Assembly: GCA_902495545.1 (NCBI GenBank)
Contig: CABUXM010000002.1
Span: forward strand, 1,674-65,673
Reading direction: 5' to 3'
DNA from: an uncultured Collinsella sp.
Lineage (GTDB): Bacteria; Actinomycetota; Coriobacteriia; Coriobacteriales; Coriobacteriaceae
DNA: 64,000 nucleotides
The notes under the pieces are model-generated. The model had not been told where the DNA came from, made no database searches, and was given only the letters and a program-made list of their open reading frames with translations. Below, one piece after another: positions 58,509-64,000 of this stretch (positions within the stretch are counted from its first letter, which is position 1; each line of letters starts with the position of its first letter). A program made the translations under genes and the position numbers.

Positions 58509-60335
58509 TTAGGCCTCGCCTCCTTTCGCGACGGCGGCATCCGCGGTCGTAGCAGTGATTTTCCAGCTCGCGGCCTGTTCGTATTCGGCCCACATCTTGG
58601 CATATAGACCCTCTTGGGACAGCAGTTCGGCATGGGTGCCCGACTCCTGCACGCTGCCCTGGTTGAGCACCACGATTTGGTCTGCGCCCACTACAGTCGA
58701 GAGTCGGTGCGCAATCATAATGACCGTGCGACCCGTCGCCAGCTTGCTAAAGGCGCGCTGGATGAGCGCCTCGTTCTCGGGGTCGGCAAACGCCGTGGCC
58801 TCATCGAGCACCACGATAGGCGCGTCTTTAAGGATCGCGCGGGCGAGTGCCACGCGCTGGACCTCGCCACCCGAAAGATATGCTCCGCCGGCGCCGAGCA
58901 TGGTGTTGATGCCCTGTGGGAGCTTGGCCACAATGTCGTCGCACTGAGCTGCGGAGAGGGCCGCACGTACTTCGTCATCAGTGGCCGTAGGCTTGGAGGC
59001 GCGCACGTTATCGGCAAGTGTTTGCCGGAACAGCTGGTTGGTCTGGAACACGAAGGCGACCTGGTCCATAAGCTCGTTCGGATCCATATCGCGAACGTCC
59101 ACACCGCCTACGAGCACTCGACCCGAGGAAACATCCCAAAAACGCGGGATCAGGCTTGCGCAGGTTGACTTACCGCCGCCCGAAGGACCCACCAGGGCGA
59201 GGGTACTACCAGCGGAAACGCTAAAACTCACATGGTTGACGGCAGGCGCCTCGGCGCCTTCGTAGGTAAAGCTCACATCCTCAAATCGCACGTCGTTGCC
59301 GGCAGGGTGCTTGGGTTGGGCGGGCACGGAGAGCTGCTTGGAATCCATAACACTTCGGATGCGAGCCAGCGAATCGGCACTCATCTGAGAGGCCTCGCCC
59401 ACAAACATGAGCTTGGTCATGGCCGTCGGTACCACGGCCGAAAATATCGCGTAAAACGTGAAGTTTGCCATAAAATGCGCGAAGTCCGTCTCGCCCGGTG
59501 CCAACAGCAACGCCACGGGCAATAGGAATGCCACAAGACCATTGAGCGCGGTAAGGTTGAGTACCTGCGGACCTCGACAGAACGTGCCCGAATAGTTTTG
59601 CGCCATGTCGGCGTATTCGGCGATCGCGTCGTGGAACGCCTTAAAGGAATAGACCGTCTGCTGAAACACCTTGACCACGGGAATGCCGCGTACGTATTCG
59701 GTACCGGTCTTGTTCATCTTGACCAGCGCTCCCATGTAGGCCTTCATAAACTCGGCGCCTTTGCCGCCCATCATGGTGGCCATGGCGCCAAACGAAACGA
59801 CGACCGAGATAAGGCATGCCGCGCCCAAGCGCCAATCGAGGGCGAAAAGCAACACGAGCAGGCCCACGACCATGGCGGCGGCGCCTGCGATATCGGGCAG
59901 CATGTGCGCGAGCAAAGTCTCGGTGGAGGCGGCGCATCCGTCTACAACACGACGCAGCTCACCGGTGGCGTGCGTGTCAAAGTAGCCAAGCGGCAGCTTA
60001 AGCAGGTGCTCGCTCGTAGTCTTGCGGATATTGGACGCGCAGCGAAACGCAGACAGGTGCGTGCACATGAGCCCCACGAAATAAACTACGATGCTTGCCA
60101 GGGCAAAACCCACTGCCCACCAGCCATACATCGCGATATCGGTGGCTTCGCTCCAGTTAGGTGCCACGGCGATCAGATCGCGCGCGACAAGCCAAATGCA
60201 CACGTACGGGCCAAAGCTCAGCAGCTGCGAGAGCGCCGAGAGCGCCATGCCCAAATACGTTAGGAATTTGCGGTCACCGGCATATGCAAGCAGCTCGCCG
60301 ATGCCTCCACCTTCCCTTTTTGATCCCTTTGCCAT
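58509..60335 (-). CDS. ABC transporter, fused permease/ATP-binding subunit (exporter type), heterodimer partner
   Basis: 608 aa with GPSGGGKST, LSGGEVQR and VLDEATAFAD. Its stop abuts the start of the next ABC gene. Confidence 0.9.
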   Translation of the reverse strand: MAKGSKREGGGIGELLAYAGDRKFLTYLGMALSALSQLLSFGPYVCIWLVARDLIAVAPNWSEATDIAMYGWWAVGFALASIVVYFVGLMCTHLSAFRCASNIRKTTSEHLLKLPLGYFDTHATGELRRVVDGCAASTETLLAHMLPDIAGAAAMVVGLLVLLFALDWRLGAACLISVVVSFGAMATMMGGKGAEFMKAYMGALVKMNKTGTEYVRGIPVVKVFQQTVYSFKAFHDAIAEYADMAQNYSGTFCRGPQVLNLTALNGLVAFLLPVALLLAPGETDFAHFMANFTFYAIFSAVVPTAMTKLMFVGEASQMSADSLARIRSVMDSKQLSVPAQPKHPAGNDVRFEDVSFTYEGAEAPAVNHVSFSVSAGSTLALVGPSGGGKSTCASLIPRFWDVSSGRVLVGGVDVRDMDPNELMDQVAFVFQTNQLFRQTLADNVRASKPTATDDEVRAALSAAQCDDIVAKLPQGINTMLGAGGAYLSGGEVQRVALARAILKDAPIVVLDEATAFADPENEALIQRAFSKLATGRTVIMIAHRLSTVVGADQIVVLNQGSVQESGTHAELLSQEGLYAKMWAEYEQAASWKITATTADAAVAKGGEA

Positions 60336-60449
60336 GAGATTCCTTTCTAACGGCTTGAGAGTTAACCGTATTCAACTTATCATTGATGTGTTAGCCACGG
60401 CTCACAATCGAGCCAGGCGTGGACGTTTCTGCAAAGGAAAGGGACGCTT

Positions 60450-61454
60450 TTGCAAATACGGCGGGCAGCGACCGACATAACCGAGCTCTACGCACCGCAA
60501 TTTGAGCAGTTTGGCCTGGAGCTTACCGGCAAGGGCGCCGTCTTTACCGGCGAGGTGGCAAACGACCGGGCGCACGGCCGCGCATGGATCATGCCTCTCT
60601 CCCCTGCCTGCATCGTCATGGAGCATTTCATCACCCCGACGCGCGATATGTACCTGGCCGAATACACACCCGAGCCATACGCCTGCGTGAGCGAAGTCAG
60701 CGCGCCCACACTTACATGCATGCCCGAGGCTGGCATAACGCCCGCGAACCTCAAACCATTGCATGGACCGTGGCCAAACAATGCCGTTTGCAGCTTTATC
60801 CAAGATAGCTGTGGCGAGGAATTAAGCCCGCTGTTTGCGGGGGAGCTCTATCACTCGCGCTCGGTGCTCTTTTTGCCTGGATATTTTGACGAACTGGAGC
60901 ACCGCTATCCCACCGAGTTCGCGGGAACCTTTGAGGCGTTTGCCGAGCCATGGCACGAGGAGGCGACGTCTGCCATCTGCCACACGCTGCGCCGGATTAA
61001 CGAGGACCGCGCCCGCACCGTAGGCGGACGCGTCTATATGCAGGGCATCGTGGAGACCATGGTCGCGGAGCTCGCCTGTTCGCGCGCGGCCCACAAGCAG
61101 GCGCGGCAGGCGGCAGACACACGCGTCAGCATAACCATTGCCGAAGAAGCAACGGCAATGATTGAGCGCGCGCTCGACAAAGGCAGACGTGTGGGTATCA
61201 ACGAGGTGGCCGAGAGGCTCTACACAAGCCGCTCCAAACTATGCGCCACCTTTAAGGCCCAAACTGGCGAGCCCTTGGGCGCCTACATTCGCAGACGCCG
61301 TATGGAGCGAGCACAGGACCTTTTGGCAGATAGCGCGCTCACGATAGCGCAGGTGGCAGAACGTCTAGGCTACCCTCAGCAGGCCGCCTTCGCCCAAGCC
61401 TTCAAACAATACACCGGCATGACACCCACGGCTTGGCGAAGCAAGTATCGCTAA
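60450..61454 (+). CDS. AraC-family transcriptional regulator
   Basis: The C-terminal ...INEVAERLYTSRSKLCATFKAQTGEPLGAYIRRRRMERAQDLLADSALTIAQVAERLGYPQQAAFAQAFKQYTGMTPTAWR is a double HTH. The start codon is uncertain (TTG 60450 or a downstream ATG). Confidence 0.8.
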   Translation: MQIRRAATDITELYAPQFEQFGLELTGKGAVFTGEVANDRAHGRAWIMPLSPACIVMEHFITPTRDMYLAEYTPEPYACVSEVSAPTLTCMPEAGITPANLKPLHGPWPNNAVCSFIQDSCGEELSPLFAGELYHSRSVLFLPGYFDELEHRYPTEFAGTFEAFAEPWHEEATSAICHTLRRINEDRARTVGGRVYMQGIVETMVAELACSRAAHKQARQAADTRVSITIAEEATAMIERALDKGRRVGINEVAERLYTSRSKLCATFKAQTGEPLGAYIRRRRMERAQDLLADSALTIAQVAERLGYPQQAAFAQAFKQYTGMTPTAWRSKYR

Positions 61455-61518
61455 GGCCCAAGCTCCCTGGCCGTAACGGAGCGATTAATTAGCCGCCGCC
61501 CGTCAGCTCACCCAGGAT

Positions 61519-62883
61519 CTAAACGTCAAGATGCGCACAATCAAGCGCCTTTTTGATAAGAGGGACAGATCGATCAGCCAAATACAACGGAATGTTGAGC
61601 ACCCCGTCGTCGAGCTTTAGGTTCTTAAGCGAGTAGCGGACCCTCAATGGAGTCGTCTCCGCATGCTTGTCGGCATAGTACTTAAGGCTCTTGGAATAAA
61701 CGACCTCTCCCGATTTGACCTCGACGGGAACGATTTCGTTTCCGACTTGAATCAAAAAATCGACTTCGTGCTTCGGCTTCTCGTTTGTCCAATAACGCGG
61801 AGCAGCATCTAACTGTGAAAGTAATGCCTGAAGCACATAGTTCTCGGCGAACGAACCTTTGAACTCCGAAAATAGCGCATCCGAGATGGCAAAAGCGGAC
61901 GCATCCAGCCTTGCCATGCGGCGCAGCAAGCCGACATCAAGACAGTAGACTTTAAATGCCTTGAGGTCATCGTACGCAGAGAGCGGCACACCACCGGCAG
62001 CATTAAGGCGAACCGCCGTGATGAGCCCAGCATCGGCAAGCCATTCCAGAGCATCCTCGTATTCTCGAGCACGAGCCCCCTCGCGCACCGCACCCCAAAC
62101 GAACTTTTTGTTCTCGCGCGCCAACTGAGCTGGAATCGAGTTCCATATTTGCGAAAGCTTGGCGAACTGCGCACGGCCACCATGCTTGGCAAAATCGCGC
62201 TCGTAGGAATCCAAGAGATCAGACAACACCTTATCGACCTGAACGATATCGCCCGTCTCCACCCACCGGCCAAGAGCCTCTGGCATGCCGCCGCATGCAA
62301 AATAACGACGAAGATGCTCGACGAGACGGACATGGAAGAAATCGGGCACTGTCTCGATCTGATCCAGGCCGCCAAGGTATTCGTCGTAGTTTGCAGCGCC
62401 CTCGGCTTTCAGAAACTCGGAAAAGCTCATGGGGCGCATCTCCATGAACTCGACCTTTCCCACCGGAAAAGCGCTGGTCTCACGGGACAAGCGAACGCCC
62501 AACAAAGACCCTGCACATGCGACGTGATACTCGGGGGCCTCGTCACAGAAGTATTTAAGGGCGCCGACTGCAGAAGGACAATCCTGGATCTCATCAATAA
62601 TAAGCAGCGTCTCGCCGGGATCGATAGGCTGTCCAAGTGCCAGGGAAAGATTTGAGATGATCCGTCGAGGATCGCGCGTACCCTCGAAAAACTGAGCGTA
62701 CTCGCTCTGTACCCCAGGTGACGGCTCCTCGAGCGTCAGATACACGAAATTGATGTACGAGGTTCGGCCGAACTCCTTAAGCGCCCACGTCTTTCCAACC
62801 TGGCGCGCCCCCTTAAGGATAAGCGGCTTACGATATTCTGACGCTTTCCAAGCGTTAAGCTTGGCAATGATATCTCGCTGCAT
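61519..62883 (-). CDS. AAA-family ATPase with DUF4143-type C-terminal domain (second copy of this architecture)
   Basis: 454 aa. KPLILKGARQVGKTW is the P-loop and LLIIDEIQ is Walker B. The C-terminal ...HEVDFLI...VPVEVKSG is a PD-(D/E)xK-like motif. Confidence 0.75.
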   Translation of the reverse strand: MQRDIIAKLNAWKASEYRKPLILKGARQVGKTWALKEFGRTSYINFVYLTLEEPSPGVQSEYAQFFEGTRDPRRIISNLSLALGQPIDPGETLLIIDEIQDCPSAVGALKYFCDEAPEYHVACAGSLLGVRLSRETSAFPVGKVEFMEMRPMSFSEFLKAEGAANYDEYLGGLDQIETVPDFFHVRLVEHLRRYFACGGMPEALGRWVETGDIVQVDKVLSDLLDSYERDFAKHGGRAQFAKLSQIWNSIPAQLARENKKFVWGAVREGARAREYEDALEWLADAGLITAVRLNAAGGVPLSAYDDLKAFKVYCLDVGLLRRMARLDASAFAISDALFSEFKGSFAENYVLQALLSQLDAAPRYWTNEKPKHEVDFLIQVGNEIVPVEVKSGEVVYSKSLKYYADKHAETTPLRVRYSLKNLKLDDGVLNIPLYLADRSVPLIKKALDCAHLDV

Positions 62884-63089
62884 GGCCGAACCTCCCGCAA
62901 AGAAACTTCCGTAAACGTGATATTTCCCACATTTTACCCTAGGTAAAACGTGACATTTATCACATTTACGGAAGTTTTAAGCTCATTTCGCCACACTTTC
63001 ATCACATTCAAAAGGTGGAGGTGCCAGTGGCGCCTCCGTCACCATCTTTCCTATCAGCCCGCCTGACCCGAACGGCCGAGTCGTCACAG

Positions 63090-63230
63090 AACCCGGGAGC
63101 CCCGGCAGGGCGGGTGCTTGCTCAAAATGAGTTCCGCACGCAAAGAAGGCCACTTAATGTGGCCTTCGTCTTGCGCAGGACTGTTCGAAATTTTGAGGAA
63201 GCACCCGCCCTGCCGGGGCTCCCGGGTTCC
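63090..63230 (-). repeat. structured repeat element, copy B (31-bp perfect inverted arms, same conserved core as copy A, opposite orientation)
   Basis: The arms are GAACCCGGGAGCCCCGGCAGGGCGGGTGCTT (63090-63120) and its exact reverse complement (63200-63230). The core, read as reverse complement, has ACAGTCCTG (63177-63185), the hairpin at 63146-63168 with an ATTAA loop, and CGTGCGGAACTC (63130-63141). Confidence 0.8.
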
Positions 63231-63233
63231 CGT

Positions 63234-64000
63234 TTACGAGAGCGACGTTCTCAGCAACTCGTTGAAGAGCTTCGGGTTGCCCTTGCCGCGGCTCGCCTTC
63301 ATGCACTGGCCCACCAAAAAGCCGATGACCTTCTGGTTGCCGTCACGATACTGCTGCGCCTGATCGGCACAGTTAGCCAGCACCTCGTCCACGATCGGCT
63401 GCAGCGCGCCGGCATCGCTCACCTGACGCATGCCGCGCTCGTCGACGATCTTGTTGGGATCGTCGCCGGTCTGGGCCATCGCCTCAAAGACCTCGTGCGC
63501 CTGGTTGGAGCTGATGGCATCGGTCGCCAGCAGCTTGGCGAGTGCCGCCACCTGAGCCGGCGCGATGCCGGACTCGGCGAGCGACACGCCTGCGCCCTTA
63601 AGGTAGGCGATCATCTCGTTGACCAGCAGGTTTGCGACCGTCTGGGCCTCCTTGCCGGCCATACCGGCAGCGGCGGCCTCAAAGAAGTCGGCAAACTCAG
63701 GGTCGCCGGCAATCTGCTCGGCGTCGGCCGCCTTAATGCCAAAGTCGGCCTCAAAGCGGGCGCGCTTGGCATCGGGCAGCTCGGGGATCTCGCCACGGCA
63801 GCGGTCGATGAACTCGTCATCCAGATCGAACGGCGCCAGGTCGGGATCGGGGAACAGGCGATAGTCGTCGGCCGTCTCCTTCACACGCATGACCACAGTG
63901 CGCTTGCGGCTGGGCTCCCAGTGGCGGGTCTCCTGATAGATGATACCGCCCTCCTCGAGCACCTCGGCCTGGCGGCAAATCTCGTAGGCAAGGCCGTCAT
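63234..64000 (-). CDS. gatB: Asp/Glu-tRNA amidotransferase subunit B (C-terminal part; N-terminus outside the window)
   Basis: ...ETRHWEPSRKRTVVMRVKETADDYRLFPDPDL... is followed by a GatB/YqeY C-terminal domain ...GFLVGQCMKASRGKGNPKLFNELL. Confidence 0.9.
   Translation of the reverse strand, partial: DGLAYEICRQAEVLEEGGIIYQETRHWEPSRKRTVVMRVKETADDYRLFPDPDLAPFDLDDEFIDRCRGEIPELPDAKRARFEADFGIKAADAEQIAGDPEFADFFEAAAAGMAGKEAQTVANLLVNEMIAYLKGAGVSLAESGIAPAQVAALAKLLATDAISSNQAHEVFEAMAQTGDDPNKIVDERGMRQVSDAGALQPIVDEVLANCADQAQQYRDGNQKVIGFLVGQCMKASRGKGNPKLFNELLRTSLS

Overview
High-GC (about 60-65% by eye) Gram-positive chromosomal window. Gene content suggests an actinobacterium of the Coriobacteriia type (type III glutamine synthetase, many PTS systems, AAA/DUF4143 ATPases); this taxonomy is inference only. 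Most long ORFs in the six-frame track are antisense high-GC artefacts. The real genes were picked by recognisable protein motifs, Shine-Dalgarno sequences and operon logic.

Core content, in window order:
- A mannose-family PTS operon with a DUF2961/GH172 enzyme and a LevR-like regulator.
- guaA, ansA and ychF.
- A GH4 phospho-glucosidase plus PTS EIICB operon, divergent from a Zn-dehydrogenase plus HutC/GntR operon.
- A glycerol/diol dehydrogenase cluster with a poly-ferredoxin.
- A fused murT-gatD gene, then tRNA-Glu and glnN (GSIII).
- metF, a split metH activation domain, and metH.
- nagB, crr, glmM and rplM-rpsI.
- tmRNA (ssrA).
- A PIN/RHH toxin-antitoxin pair.
- An atypical P1B-type ATPase, a heterodimeric ABC exporter, and gatB (partial).

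Most unusual items:
1. A two-copy structured repeat family at 40335-40468 and 63090-63230. It has long inverted arms, a conserved core, and a central hairpin with compensatory changes. Each copy sits just 3' of a gene, in the same relative orientation.
2. An A/T-richer accessory island at about 6.2-11.0 kb. It carries a three-ORF operon led by a DUF4365-like, nuclease-like protein, plus an AAA/DUF4143 ATPase and gene debris.
3. A LevR-like regulator whose AAA+ module lacks GAFTGA and the Walker B DE pair.
4. Integration-scar-like duplications at tRNA-Glu and ssrA, plus a MITE-like element.
5. A secreted protein whose TAG stop is followed in frame by a membrane anchor.
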